Shown: one piece after another, positions 32,901 to 47,384 of the stretch
How the letters are laid out: each line of letters opens with the position of its first letter
Numbering within the stretch: position 1 is the stretch's first letter
NCBI RefSeq assembly: GCF_001194135.2
Contig: NC_068982.1
Span: forward strand, 129,133,180-129,197,179
Length of the DNA stretch: 64,000 nucleotides
From: Octopus bimaculoides
Lineage: Eukaryota
Direction of reading: 5' to 3'
Position numbers and translations under genes: made by a program
The notes under the pieces: generated by a model
Databases searched by the model: none
Seen by the model: only the letters and a program-made list of their open reading frames with translations
What the model was told of the DNA's origin: nothing

Positions 32901-33779
32901 TCTCCACCATCCACCCACAAATAATGGCAGAGATGGATGGATAGAGGGTGGGAGGGAGGTAGGAACTTCATATAGTGATGCACGATTGCAAATTTTTAGA
33001 GAGGTGAGTATAACCTAATGAATCGATTCTAGAATATCTAAAATCGGTTTCTGTTTCTGTTACGAATCATCTTTAATAATTCAGTAGGAACGATAGAATA
33101 AATAGTCACAATCAAGATATTTTACAGTATTTAGTTGCAAACCTGAGTTTAAATCCCGCTTTCCTTTTCATCCTACCGGGGCCGATTAAATAAATAACAT
33201 TTAAGTACTAAGGTCAATGTAATTGATTATGCCACCTTTCTCCAAATTTGAGGCCCTCTGCCTATGCCAGATATTAGTATATTTGTTGCAGACATCCACT
33301 AGGATATGAATTAAATTTTTTTTTATTGCGATAAATCATCTACTTGTAGGACTTTGAGTTTGATTGGTTGAGTCGACCTCAAAATAGGCATATTGTTATT
33401 TAGATACTTGTGCAGCACATGCAAAGTTATGCATACTGATAACCGTCACACGAATTAAATTTTTAGATGAAGCGCATATAAAATACATTATCTTTTTCTA
33501 TTGGAGAGCCACTTCGATCAATAGCTGCTCACTTAGCAGAAATGACAAGTGCTATCAAGACAGGGAGTTATTAGAATGTGTTTATATAATGATTCTCTCG
33601 TTCCTTTGCTGTTAATAGCTTAAATGACGCCAGCAGGTAAAGAAACAGACAACTTTTTGTCTATAATTCAAAAACGTATGACCTTATTAGGAAACTTGCC
33701 ACGCTGGACTAATTGACATTCAACTCATATTTTGAACTGGTATCAGTTGTTATTTACATTTCACTCTTAACTGTCTCTG

Positions 33780-35300
33780 ACTAGCGATTCTCGTCTGGGG
33801 AAATGACTTTGTCACCGACCTCGAAAAGTAGACGAAATTCCACGACGATATCATCCGTGAATGTTGCAGGAATAAGAAAAAAGTGCATGCATATAAAGAA
33901 AATGAGCTCCACGGGACGGGGATTAAGAATCAGGCTTTCATATTGAAAGTTCAGCGGAAGTTGCAAAAATGCTACTTAACCCAGACGATCACTTTAAAAC
34001 ATCTACTCCTGAATATATTTGCAAGTCTCGGGTTAAACTAAATCTTTTTATTGTCTTCTGGAAGTGGTAGGGTCCTTGACTTTTATGTACTTTCCGAGGC
34101 TAGTAAGTTCAATACGGTTGATGTAAGTCATAACTGCAAAAAACGTGGGTAGAGAAGGAATTTCAAGCAGACTGACGTTTTGAACGGGAAGGATTGGGCA
34201 AAGTGGTTAGTATGGAACTTAATGAGTGAGTCACATCAGACTTTTCACGAGGAGAAAAGAAATGTGATCCTGGGAGTTCAGAAAATCCTAAGCCGTTAGT
34301 AGTAGCAATACAACAGGTAAGGTGAGGTGATAGCTCGTATATGGTCAAAAGGTTGCGATGAGTCGGGGAATGAATATTTGCCAGTCAGTCAGATGCGCTC
34401 TAGAATGTTTGTGCTGTGCGGTTGCAAGGGTGTGTAGGGACCGTACCGTAGGACTTACTTGAGTTATGCAAGGGGTTAGCAATTCCTGATTTGAGGAATA
34501 TTCTTCAGAGGAAGATTTCAGTTACGTGATTAGCTGCCTTAATTGAGTCAAGGATAACGTCAGTTAGCTAACTGTTACAGAATTAAATGGTAAACTGTTA
34601 TGGACTAAGTATAATAGGATTAAAGAGATGGGGATAGTGTGTGGATATGTAGTGAGCAGCCTTGAATAGGCAATAGTCTGACATTGACATGTGCAGAGAT
34701 GGTGATGATTTATTGGGACAGGTTGGGGTGTAAAAGATATCTAGGGTGTTTTGGACTTGTCTTGTGTGTCGAAATACATATAGAGGATTATATTGATTGT
34801 TTTAAAACGTTTAGCATCGCAAAACTATCTTCTCCAGTGTTACTGCATTCATGTGGGAGCGGTGAAAAGGATGATGATGTCATATAGGAGTGAAGTAAAT
34901 TAGATATCCTTGATGTAGGACGCGAGATATTCACTGTGCCGAGCCCTGTACAGCAGCATATCTCTGATCGGAAACTATTTCCACTCGTACCCTCAGACGA
35001 ATAGTGGGATCACGTAAAAGGAACTACTGTGAGAACTGACGAATCGAGAGATCGTGCTATATCACGACTGGAAGCTTGGGCTGCACCGAAGAGCCAGGCT
35101 ATGGTGCTGAATCTGATGGTATGTTAAGCGTGCTCGCCTCACTCCTATAAACTAAAAATCAACATGGATTATTATATCGTGGTATTAGTATAAGAAAGGT
35201 TGCTTTACTGGGCTCCCTCTGGACTGATTATTTTCAAATCGAAGTGACCAGAGATCCTTGATAGGTGACCTTTGCTGCAACTATGTGGACGTAGTGGTCT
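33780..35300 (-). mobile_element. Highly decayed CR1/L2-group LINE remnant
   Basis: Minus-strand NTLDIFYT and SDY (for SDH) APE-endonuclease-like motifs near 34670-34760; G/T-rich plus strand. Confidence 0.45.
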
Positions 35301-35659
35301 CCTGAGATGATGCGAAAATCACTTAGTACCAGTTTACCTGGTTATCGGAAGAGTAGTTACTCAATAGAAAAAGCAGAAGATTGTCCATCAAGTGACACAA
35401 TGATGAAGACAAAAATATACGATCAACCATATGAATTTACATGCTATTTTTGTGGAGCACTTCACAAACAACTTAGCGAATACATACACATGGAAACAGT
35501 TTGCTATAATTGATATATAAGTGGGAATTAGCTAAGTTGAAACGGACAAAGCCACCAGCCATAAAAACTTAATATTGCACTGACATCATCATAAAACCGG
35601 TCGCAAGTGTGGAGCTGTGGTGGTGTGGTGCGCGGACCTCTACAAGGCGGAAGCTCTCT

Positions 35660-38205
35660 GCCAATTTCAAGACACTGCCCTCTGACCTCTGACCCCACGT
35701 CCAGCTATCAACAGATTGTGTCCTCCACTATCCATGACTTCATCTCTTCCTCCGTCTCCCCCCCCNNNNNNNNNNNNNNNNNNNNNNNNNNNNNNNNNNN
35801 NNNNNNNNNNNNNNNNNNNNNNNNNNNNNNNNNNNNNNNNNNNNNNNNNNNNNNNNNNNNNNNNNNNNNNNNNNNNNNNNNNNNNNNNNNNNNNNNNNNN
35901 NNNNNNNNNNNNNNNNNNNNNNNNNNNNNNNNNNNNNNNNNNNNNNNNNNNNNNNNNNNNNNNNNNNNNNNNNNNNNNNNNNNNNNNNNNNNNNNNNNNN
36001 NNNNNNNNNNNNNNNNNNNNNNNNNNNNNNNNNNNNNNNNNNNNNNNNNNNNNNNNNNNNNNNNNNNNNNNNNNNNNNNNNNNNNNNNNNNNNNNNNNNN
36101 NNNNNNNNNTGATCCCTCACCACGAGGGGCTGCGTGCACTCCAACATTTCTTTGACCTTCAACCCAACCCCCAACCCGACACATCCACACTCGTTCGTCC
36201 GGCCGAACTTGTCTTCTCACTCAACTGTTTCTCGTTCGCTGGTGATTTTTACCAGCAATTCTCGGAAGTAGCCATGGGAACGAGAATGGGTCCCAACTAT
36301 GCGAACCTGTTCGTTGGCTACGTTGAGGCCCAAATATTCTCAAGTTTCACTGGTCCCACTCCCGAACTATACGGCCGTTATATTGACGACTGTATCGCTG
36401 CGACCTCACTCTCTTGCGAACATCTTTTGTCAAATCTTTCCATCCTGCCTTCCACTTCTCGTGCACTATCTCTAACACCACTATCTCCTTTCTTGACATT
36501 TCGGTCAGCATTCATAACTCCACTCTCACCACCTCCATCCACAACAAACACACAAACACTCATACCTCAACTTCTCCTCCTACCCTAAACACACCAAGCT
36601 CTCCATCCCCTATTCCCAATTCCTCCGTCTACGCAGGCTCTGCAGTGACGACCATGACTTTGAGACTCAGTCTCAACTCATGGCTCGCCACTTCATCCTA
36701 CGTGGATATCCCCTCACCACTATCCACCCCGCCCTTGCCAGAGTATGTTCCGTGAACCGTGCATCTGCTCTCTCCTCCCGCTACCGCCCCGCCGTCTCTC
36801 GTTTCCCCTCACCTACCATCCCACCACCCTACCTCTCCAACGCACCATTNNNNNNNNNNNNNNNNNNNNNNNNNNNNNNNNNNNNNNNNNNNNNNNNNNN
36901 NNNNNNNNNNNNNNNNNNNNNNNNNNNNNNNNNNNNNNNNNNNNNNNNNNNNNNNNNNNNNNNNNNNNNNNNNNNNNNNNNNNNNNNNNNNNNNNNNNNN
37001 NNNNNNNNNNNNNNNNNNNNNNNNNNNNNNNNNNNNNNNNNNNNNNNNNNNNNNNNNNNNNNNNNNNNNNNNNNNNNNNNNNNNNNNNNNNNNNNNNNNN
37101 NNNNNNNNNNNNNNNNNNNNNNNNNNNNNNNNNNNNNNNNNNNNNNNNNNNNNNNNNNNNNNNNNNNNNNNNNNNNNNNNNNNNNNNNNNNNNNNNNNNN
37201 NNNNNNNNNNNNNNNNNNNNTATACATCGAGCAAACGGGACGCCGCATGACTGACCGGTTCGCGGAACACCGAGACATCCGACTCGGCAATGACATTCCG
37301 GTTTCACGCCATTTCCGCTCTACCGGTCACTCATTGCAACACCTGTCTGTGTTCGGATTGTCCTTGCACAGGGGCCATCCGGACTCCCGTTACCGCTGTG
37401 AACAGGGATTAATCTTCTCTCTTCACTCCTTTGCGCCACATGGGCTCAACTCTCCTCTCCTCTTCATCTAACCTTCCTTTCCTCTCCTCTCTCCCTCTCA
37501 CACCTACTTCTTCTCTTCACTCCTACTCTCCTCCTCGCTTCTCTTCACTCCNNNNNNNNNNNNNNNNNNNNNNNNNNNNNNNNNNNNNNNNNNNNNNNNN
37601 NNNNNNNNNNNNNNNNNNNNNNNNNNNNNNNNNNNNNNNNNNNNNNNNNNNNNNNNNNNNNNNNNNNNNNNNNNNNNNNNNNNNNNNNNNNNNNNNNNNN
37701 NNNNNNNNNNNNNNNNNNNNNNNNNNNNNNNNNNNNNNNNNNNNNNNNNNNNNNNNNNNNTCACCTCCCCGCATCTCATCACATCACATCACACCACCAT
37801 GCACACACTAGCACTGACCACTTCCCAGCCCCACACCATCATTCACACACCTACACATACACACACGTACACGTCAAGGTCACCAGCCCTCTTCCACATG
37901 CACATACATGCTCTCTTATACACACGCACGCGCACCTCCATTTTGGGATCACCACTACTTTATTATCTCCCCTTCTTCCTACCTCTCCTGTGTGACTCCT
38001 CTGTCCGGCATTCGCTATGATAGATCGCTAACCACTACACATTCTTTATTTTCTCTCCTTATTTCTTTCTGTGTTCATTTCTGTGGCAGAGCGTAGGCTC
38101 GAAACGTTAAAGACTTTTTGACTTCCCGAGCGTTAAACTAATACATCTGTTGTCTACACCACCTGTCTTCGTCTTTTGCTTTCGTTTTTTTTTGTGAATT
38201 CTCCC
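35660..38205 (+). mobile_element. Penelope-like retroelement, 5'-truncated, gapped and frameshifted (RT, GIY-YIG and 3' region)
   Basis: PLTSDPT, VAMGTRMGPNYANLF, YGRYIDD, FLDI, SIPYSQFLRLRRLCS, RGYP, then YIEQTGRR..DRFAEH...VSRHF...EQGLIFSL...P.GLN; ends in (TA)n. Confidence 0.92.
38081..38105 (+). ncRNA. Degenerate hammerhead-ribozyme-like motif in the Penelope 3' region
   Basis: CTGTGGC-A-GAGC-GTAG-GCTC-GAAAC: intact 4-bp stem II and GAAA, but the CUGAnGA box carries substitutions. Confidence 0.4.
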
Positions 38206-38238
<33 letters not shown>

Positions 38239-39898
38239 ATATGTATATAAAATTTAGTAATTTCATTTCGGTACAAAATCAGGGAAAATGAATTTAGAGA
38301 AAAAAGGCAAGAAATAAGTATGATTCATCTGATGTTTAATAAAAAAAAACATACAATCTTTTCAGAGATAGCTTAGTATATTTAGGGAATATGGTGTTTG
38401 TTTTATCATGATCAAAGGGGAACTAGCAGTGTCTTATAAGATAGTAGGGGCCCATTTGAAAGCTTCATCTTCATTTATCTTCAAGTTATACTCCTGAGAA
38501 AATATAAGTTCAATACTGTAAACTAGCAACACTCAGCAATTTTACTAATGCTCTTGCTGATTAGAAGGGTTATTTTATTATTCTCAGAATGGTGTGTCAT
38601 TGAGAACTAAGCATCTTATCCACTCTCAGCATAAAACTTGTAACAAGATACGAACTCTCAACTCTGTAGATGGAGATCTGGCATCTTCAATCAACACGGT
38701 CAACTGCGACTTGAAGAGGATGTGGTAGATTTTTGTTTCTGCAAATGAATAATGTTGGTTGTCTGGTGTTCTTGGATATAAATGAATTGTAGGAACCTTA
38801 TTGGTAACTGAAGTCGACTGTGGGTATATAAATCGAAGATTCATAAGGAAGTGAGGAGTTATTGAGATTGCGTGTAGGAGAGACATGCAGTTAGAAGAGA
38901 GAACAATGAAAGTGTCAAAAGCGTAATGAGTTGGATTTAACAGAAAATATATGTGCACAGAAGAATATAATGTTCTTGAGTATAATAAATAATTTAGAAA
39001 TGTTGGTAGACTTGTGTCAGAAAACTCTACATCTAAATATGATGAGATGAAGAAACTAGTGAGAAAACTACCTTTAATAATGTTGAAATAAAAGAGTATA
39101 ATAATGTTGAAATAAAAGACCATGAATGTTCGTAGTCTAATGGTTAGGGTGTTCGGCTCACGATTATACGGTCGATGGTGCAATTCTTGGACTGGGCAGT
39201 GCATTGTGACTTTCAGTTCATGTTACTTAAGTCAACACAGCTGTATTGATTACTAACCGGGTACTGGTGTAACTTTCTCTCCTTCCAGCTATCACATTGT
39301 CTATGTTCTACTGAGTCAAGGCGGAAGAAACCAAGGAGTTGACTATGTCTGCCCGCGACTATATAAAACTTAAAACAATAAACGAAAGTATGGTACATGC
39401 CACCAAGTCATATACTCGCGGGCGAGTGACGGCTGGCTGTACTTTTTAAAGAAATATGTCCATATATTTATCCCGGATACAAGTTCGGTACATTACGGCA
39501 ATTGTTTGAACTGATTCGATAAATTAAGGCTATTATTTATCTTTGATTGGCGGTATCCTTAAATTAGTGACCAGTTGTATTGATTTCAGAAGCGGAAGTT
39601 GCGGTGCTGCGATGTTTTAAAAGGTGTTAGAGGTGTAAGCGTATTGAAAGAGAGATTACTGGAATACAAAACCAGATAATTGAGCCAATTTATGGGGAAC
39701 TTGCAACATCTCTACACAATACGCCACACAGGGATTTTAAAAATCTGAATTCAATTCTGTTCTACTAAAATACGATGGACCAGTGTTTCTGACCATCCTA
39801 TGAGTAAGGTGCAAGTTGTCAGAGAGCAAAACTGCTATTTCGATCTTCCCTTTGTGCATCTCTACACTTGAATCGTTTTATATTTACTCACATTCATG

Positions 39899-39900
<2 letters not shown>

Positions 39901-39960
<60 letters not shown>
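39901..39960. repeat. (TAC)n microsatellite
   Basis: Read directly. Confidence 0.95.
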
Positions 39961-42099
39961 CTCTTCTTCTTCTACCATAGATTTTAGATTGGTAAACTAA
40001 GACAAATTAGACACCAAAGTTCGACGTTAATTTCATGATAAGAATTCACAGCTCGGAGGTCTAAAGGCGATGGCTGAAGCCGCGGACAAGAGTCCCAAAT
40101 GGATCAAGTCAAAGAGGAATGAAAGTGAATGTCAGAAGCCGAAGTGGTTACAACATCCAAGGTATCTTTGCTCTGGGACAACTAATCATCCAAGAAGACA
40201 CAGGTTACAATGCACATAATAGCACAAAATGTGACGCCGAGGGAGTATCCAGGAGTTATAAACTGGATGTGGCCCGGCCCCCGTAGAGTGTAAGGAGTTT
40301 AAGGGCTGAACCATTTGCACGAGGAGGACTTCTCTGAAGACATTCAGCTGTTCGGCTTTCACTAAAATTTCTTACCACCTACGAGTGAACGGCATTTTAT
40401 TCTTTTGGATATTGTAAAGCTCAAGCAAACTCTTTATCTAAACTTCACAAAGGAAGCAATAAACACAGCCTTGGGAAACTAAAAGAAACACAAAGCTGAG
40501 AATAAGTTGAAATTACTAAATGTAAACACATTCTGAAAAAAAGTTTAAGTTGGCTGTAGAAGGTAAAACAATAAAGTTGTTATGGTGCTAAAATAATTAT
40601 CCGTAGGCTGTACCTATCGTTGTTATTGTTATCATCATTGTCGTCTCTTTCATAGCTTCTTTGTGGATGGACCGGATCCAAAGAATTTACGCAGTGAAAA
40701 TAGGAAATGCGTAGGTGAAGTTCTACGATAGCACATAATAGGTCAGAGATAAAGTGAATATTGGTATTTCACAGAAATGAAGTTGGTGCAGCGTCTCAAT
40801 GTATGGACGAGGGAAGCAGACAAGAAATATAAGAAAAGATAAGAGCTTCCCTTGTGTAGACCAGACGAGACGACTCGACCATAATATCTGTAAATTGACA
40901 ACTATAAAAGAATACGAGTTAATTAATAATAGATTAAATATCGAAATATCTGACACGAGTAATTGTTAATAAGATTATAATTTTTCATATCAGAAATAAG
41001 AATTCTTTTACATTCACATCTACTCGATACTTCGATCGGTTTGTTCCTTGAATTATTTCTTATTCGTTGATGTGTTCATAGTGCAGACTGCATGCAAGCT
41101 CAAAATATTTATTTATAAACTTTAAAATAGACTGTTCTTCCCCACAGGCATACAGTGGTTCCCAGATTCACCTCTGCCAAAATATTAGGGAATTTTTTTT
41201 ACCCCAACTCCTTTATATCGAGAAGACAAAATAGAGTTTATATCAATATGGTTCTTCTTTCTTCGCCGTGATGTTGAATTTGGTTGACAGAAGCTGCATG
41301 GAAGCCTGTCGTAAATGTATAATGTGTGTGTGGTTCTGTCAATGTTTGTCCCCACCCCACTGCTTGACAACCGGTTTCGGGTTGCTTACGTTCCCACAAC
41401 TTAGCGATTCGAGAAAAGTGAACGATAGAATAAGTACCAGACCTAAAAATGGGGCTGGGCTCGATCTGTTCAACTAAAACCCATCTAGGCATCTTAATTT
41501 TCTTAAACATGGCACTTTACCCTCTGCCCGCCTTTTTCTTTTCTTTTTCGCTTCTAACAGGACCGCCATGTATGAAAAATATTGGCCTAGGGGAAGTAGC
41601 ATAGTTGAGGGTGAGAAGAAGGGCCGCCCCGGGCGACGTTTTATGGATCCTCGAGACAAGCTACTCTGGGCGGCACACACTGCCTAAGAGACAAAAGTGC
41701 TATTATTCCTTAAGTTTAGAAATAGCAATTCTGAGTTTGTATTCACTCTGCTATTAGGAAAACGTCAAGGAATAAGGCACCTAATTATGACACGAGATCG
41801 AACTGATCGAAACATAGCTTAATATAAACATTAAAACATTTAGCAAGTAATGTTCGAAGCCACTTCAACATGGCTTTTCCGTTCGATCGGACTTTACAGC
41901 GATTTTTTAACCCCAAGAGGACATTTCCTCTAGCTGGTTAACGATGCCCAGCTTCTTTCGACATATTGCAAGCAGGGGAGCGAATCCCTACCGCCTTCTA
42001 GCTGTTTCTGCGTTTCTTCAGTATTGGACACCTCAAGTTTAATTGCATGAAAAATTGAAATCGTAGTTAATAAAAATAATTTTAAGTTTTGCTATCTTG

Positions 42100-42585
42100 T
42101 ATGCATAGCTGGGTAGTTAAGCAACTCACTTTGCAAACACTTGGTTTTGGGATCAGCTCTATTGTACGGCAGTTGGGCAAGTGACTTCTATAACAACAGA
42201 CTCAGACCGAACTAGACCTTGTGAGTGAACTTGGTAGACAGAAACTGTATGGAAGCCTGTTGTAAATGTATACGTATGTATGTATGTATGTATGTATGTA
42301 TGTATGTATGTATGTGTGTGTGTATGTGCGTGTGCGTGTGTGTGTGTGTACGTGCGTGTGCGTACGTGAGTGTGTCTTTCTGTCAGTGTCTGTCTCCATC
42401 CCACCGCTCGACAAGCGGTGTTGGTTCGTTTACGTTCCCGTACCTTAGAAATTCGATAAAAGAGATCGGTAGAACATGTACCAGACTTGCAAATGAGTGC
42501 CTGGCTCGATCTGTTCGAATAAGACTCTTCAGGGCGGTGCTCCAGCATGACAGAAGTCCAATGACTGAGACAAGAAAAAGAAAGT
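42100..42585 (+). mobile_element. SINE family A variant with a long internal microsatellite
   Basis: ttgggcaagtg core, (TATG)n/(TG)n middle, ggcggtgctccagcatg tail. Confidence 0.85.
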
Positions 42586-43174
42586 AATATGAATTTGGTG
42601 GCTTTTCAAAAACATATTGATATAACTGTTGCATGAGTGAGTAATCTTACTTCAGCGTTAGATTACTACTGACTGGTTAGGAGATGTTACTTCCTAAGTA
42701 TAGATGTTTGTAAACCGATATGATGGCGCATCTAGAACACACATCCAGCGTATTAGAGAAAGTAGTCGTACGGCTGATTGTATAAAATTCTGTCAGGCAT
42801 TTGTTCCTACACGACGTGAACACATATAATAGAAATAACATTATTTATTTTTATATCGCTTCTTATACAACAACGTTGATAACACTGCAATGTAATGAGA
42901 AAAAAGAGAGCATAAATAAATAACACTCTACTGTTTGAATTCTTGGAATTAATATAAAATAAGTTCAACATAAATCGTTTGAAGTAGAAGGATCTTAGCG
43001 TAGCAACGGCACCCCTGAAACCAAATATCTTAAACGTACTGATTGACATGTAACGTACTAACGTAGTAGTACCACAAAATAAAAATAATCCCTGTACATT
43101 AGGATGTTTTAGTAGTGCCAAATAATACAAATTAATATCTATATTAAAATACTTTAATAGTGGTAAATGATAAG

Positions 43175-43958
43175 GGATCTAGTTCAAAACGGGGGCACCA
43201 GTTTTCATTTATGTTTTATGTAGTGTTTTTGGTACCGAAAGACTATCAAACTTCGTATACTTATCTATTTTGTGTTATAGAACAGAAAAAAAATTTTGTA
43301 TTCGAAGTTATTTCATGTAAAAAATTGTCTTATTTCGATAATTTCAACCAATCACTGACAAGTATTCAGCTGTTTATCGTTACTCCTTTGGCAGTTTAAG
43401 CGGTTCCTTTGGCAGTTTAAGCGGTGTAAAGCGTATTTAATCTCCATTACTTCTGACATTTTGCAGAGAGGCAACACACGTGTGCTCGTTNNNNNNNNNN
43501 NNNNNNNNNNNNNNNNNNNNNNNNNNNNNNNNNNNNNNNNNNNNNNNNNNNNNNNNNNNNNNNNNNNNNNNNNNNNNNNNNNNNNNNNNCCCTAACCCTA
43601 ACCCTAACCCTTCCCTCAAAAACCAGGCCTTGTGCCTATAATAGAAAGGTTTATTAGCTACTGCCAATATGCTTCAGCCATTTTTTGACAAGGAAATAAT
43701 AATTTTATCACCGCCGGAATCGTTTGAGAATCGTTTGTTTACGTAGTCAGCACTTACTGTATTCGGCTGAATGGACGTCAGTCATTGGTTGGAATTACAG
43801 AAATACGACAACTTTAACATGAAATAAGTTGCAATATAATAATTTTTCCTAAGAAGACTAAGAGAAAAAGATGTTTTATATGACACATTCTACCAGTGTC
43901 CCAAGTTTCAAAGTGTTTCGTTAAGAAAATACTGGCGCCCCCGTTTTGAACTAAATCC
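43175..43958. mobile_element. Non-autonomous DNA transposon, Merlin/IS1016-like
   Basis: 28-bp TIR GGATYTAGTTCAAAACGGGGGCRCCAGT at both ends; exact 8-bp TSD ATGATAAG (43167-43174 and 43959-43966). Confidence 0.8.
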
Positions 43959-44420
43959 ATGATAAGAGTTAATCTGTATAGTATTATATTTCAGACTCGA
44001 GAATTATTATATTTGAGACACGAGAAGTTTCCATTATAATAAATCATTAACTCAGCAAAATTAACTTTTAGATAAATAATTTGATGGTTTATTTTTATAC
44101 CAATTCGAGTAAATTTTAGTGACTGTCTTCGATTTATTTAATATAGAACGGTAATGAGCGCGCGCGAGCGCGCGCACACACACATACAAATAGCTACATG
44201 ATACACACATGCACACGCACATATACAAGTATGCAAATATATACATGTACACAGATTCATATACATACATGTATGCAAATATATACACCTACATAGATAC
44301 ATCCATCCATCTATCCATCCATCCATACATATATATGCATGCATGCATACATACATACATACATACATACATACATACACGCATACATGTGTGTGACTGT
44401 GTGTCTTTGTCTCTGTGTGT

Positions 44421-44464
<44 letters not shown>

Positions 44465-44631
44465 NNNNNNNNNNNNNNNNNNNNNNNNNNNNNNNNNNNN
44501 NNNNNNNNNNNNNNNNNNNNNNNNNNNNNNNNNNNNNNNNNNNNNNNNNNNNNNNNNNNNNNNNNNNNNNNNNNNNNNNNNNNNNNNNNNNNNNNNNNNN
44601 NNNNNNNNNNNNNNNNNNNNNNNNNNNNNNN

Positions 44632-44685
<54 letters not shown>

Positions 44686-45275
44686 CCGTTGGCAGGCAAG
44701 ATACTGTGCCTTTCATCTGAGATAAAATTTCTTATAGACGTGCTGCGTTAAAAAAAGCACAATATACATCTTAATGTATATTTCTCTTAAATAGAGAGCA
44801 ATTCTAGTGGAGAAGCACCAAACTAACTGTAAACTTAGTAGCTTGATTGTTTATGTGTTAATAAAATCCTCTCAGACGAAAATAGAATAATTGCAAACAC
44901 AATAACTAAAAGGGGTGGGGAGGGGAAGCACATATCAAATAGCAGATGTGTATTGTAAGCATAAAAATGTGCGAAGCTAAAACTACTGAACTGTCGCCTC
45001 TGTATCTGCACCAAAAATTAATTTCTACAGATTTATTGGTAGGTTATGGTCGAATTGTTTAGAAGCTCCCTTCGTAGCCACGATGTCCCAGGTTTTATTC
45101 TACTACATGGCACCTTGAGTAAATATCTTTTACCACAGCCACGAGTCAACCTAGGCCTTGTGAAGGAAAATGGAAAGGCAGAAACTGTGTGGAAGCCCGT
45201 CCTATGGATTGTAGCTGTAATTTAAAGGTACGGTTCTATTACACTCACTGATGCTGCCCGAGAATTTCTTTAAAA

Positions 45276-45647
45276 GTTGTTGTTGTTGTTGGCACTCTGT
45301 CGCTTACGACGGCGAGGGTTCCAGTTGATCCGATCAACGGAACAGCCTGCTCGTGAAATTAACGTGCAAGCGGCTGAGCACTCCACAGACACGTGTACCC
45401 TTAACGTAGTTCTCGGGGATATTCAGCGTGACACTTTAAAATACAGGTACAACAGAAACAGGAAGAAAGAGTGAGAGAAAGTTTTGGTGGAAGAGTACAG
45501 CAGGGTTCGCCACCATCCCCTGCCGGAGCCTCGTGGAGCTTTAGGTGTTTTCGCTCAATAAACACTAACAATGCCCGGTCTGGGAATCGAAACCGCGATC
45601 CTATGACCGCGAGTCCGCTGCCCTAACCACTGGGCCATTGCACCTCC
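45276..45647 (-). mobile_element. SINE family B with (AAC)n tail
   Basis: Reverse complement of the 24266 and 55448 copies; ctttaaaa on both flanks. Confidence 0.9.
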
Positions 45648-46604
45648 ACACTTTAAAAAGTACACAAGTCTGTAGAATAGTGGAGTACTCAACCACTTAT
45701 ATGCTAATTCAATCAGCTGGTACTTTAGTTGATTAAATAATTAGATACTGAATTCATTGTTTGGTAGCATCTTTCGGCTAGAATTAATTGAATATAATTG
45801 TGAATTAAGGTAGTTGAAAGTATTAAACTCGATTAAAAGCTAAAATGTTAACAGGAATCTTTTTGAGCTAAGCAGTGTGGTTATTTCATTAAAATTTTGA
45901 AATAGTGTTCAAGAAAAACATATCTCTATGTCAGGGCATACAGTATTTTAACAGCATTATGGGTCCCTCAACAAAGTAGTGCCCTGATGCACATGCAGCT
46001 ATTTATTGGCAGCAAGGCAAGGCATACATAGACCAACGTTGGGTCGCTAAACCAGAGGGGTCTTCGAAAAACCATCCATTGTGTTCAAACCTTAAAACGG
46101 CTTTGTATGTCACCATACACATATCGAGATGGAGAATTTAAAGACTTCAGTATTTCAAAATGGTCGGTTTGAAATAGCTTATTGGATCAAATAATACATC
46201 GGCTCCGTTCTTATACACAGGCACAAGAAAAAATTATAAGAGAATGGAATGAAACTTGTATGACATCCAGGCCTTTTTTCTAAAATATTGACGTAAATGA
46301 ATAAAAATGGGCTAAACAGAACAAGAAGAGACACGTGGAATAGAGAGTCACTGAAGAAATCACAGGATGTGTGGTTAAAGACTTCCAGACAAAGGACATA
46401 AAATAAGGAAATAAATTTGAAGTGATGAAGAACGAATATATAGTGCGTGTGTTTATTTTTTTTAAAAATGACCTTCCCGAAATGCAACAACAAAAATCAG
46501 TTTTACCAAACGCTTATATTTTGCTCTGCGGAGCTCGCCGCATAAGAACATCTGTTTGTTTTCTTAGCATTTTCTAAATATTTTGAAAGGCCATAGAGAA
46601 GCAT

Positions 46605-46656
46605 TACAGATGTATTATACAGATGTATTATACAGATGTATTATACAGATGTATTA
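46605..46656. repeat. 13-bp perfect tandem repeat x4 (tacagatgtatta)
   Basis: Read directly. Confidence 0.95.
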
Positions 46657-47384
46657 TAACCATTAGTTGCTTTTCCGACATCGAAGACTGAGTTTTAAAT
46701 GAATTTGAGTCACATTACTAGCAATGATGTCGGATTATTCTATCCAGGCTGTCTTTAAATGGGCGAAAAATATAAATAGTTTTTTTAAACGTCAGAATAT
46801 TAAGAAGACATTGAAAGTGAGAAGTGCCTGTCAATTATCTCAAGTTATCTCACATTTCATTACTTCCTTGGTCTTTTATTAATATCTTCGTTCTTTAAAC
46901 AATATTACTTGACTTCCTTCTCATGGAGATTTTTTTAGAGCCCTATTAATTACTATATACACATACTTATCACCTGACAAACGGCGTTTCAGAAATCTGA
47001 CTAGAATGTGTTGTAAATGCTAACAGAATTTGAAGAATATATACATTTCTGTTGATATCTGCTTTGCCAATTTTCGTCTGGAAATCTGAAACCAATAAAA
47101 GGGAAAGGGAACTCTCTAAGTTTACATGTCTATGCTATTAGTTGAACTTAAAATATAGCATGCATCAACATTTATTTATATTTCATAACTATTTTTACTG
47201 TGGTAAATGTTTTCATATTTTTAAGATTCTGGAAAATTTCCAAGAAACGACCATTAATTTATCTAAGAATTTTTTTAAATGTACACTTTCAATAACAAAT
47301 AATTTTCATTACAGAAGTCAATATTTTAAAGTAAATCTAAAATAGGTCTTTTAAAGATTTAAATTTTAGGACGCCAAAAAGGCA

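Noticed and set aside
38626-39204. 192-aa minus-strand ORF as a host gene
   Set aside because: No recognisable domain; it starts in a SINE head, and weak FKSQL/YSF motifs suggest a LINE 3' remnant.
43590-43610. (CCCTAA)n as a chromosome end
   Set aside because: Only about three units are visible, inside a TIR-bounded element with ordinary sequence on both sides.
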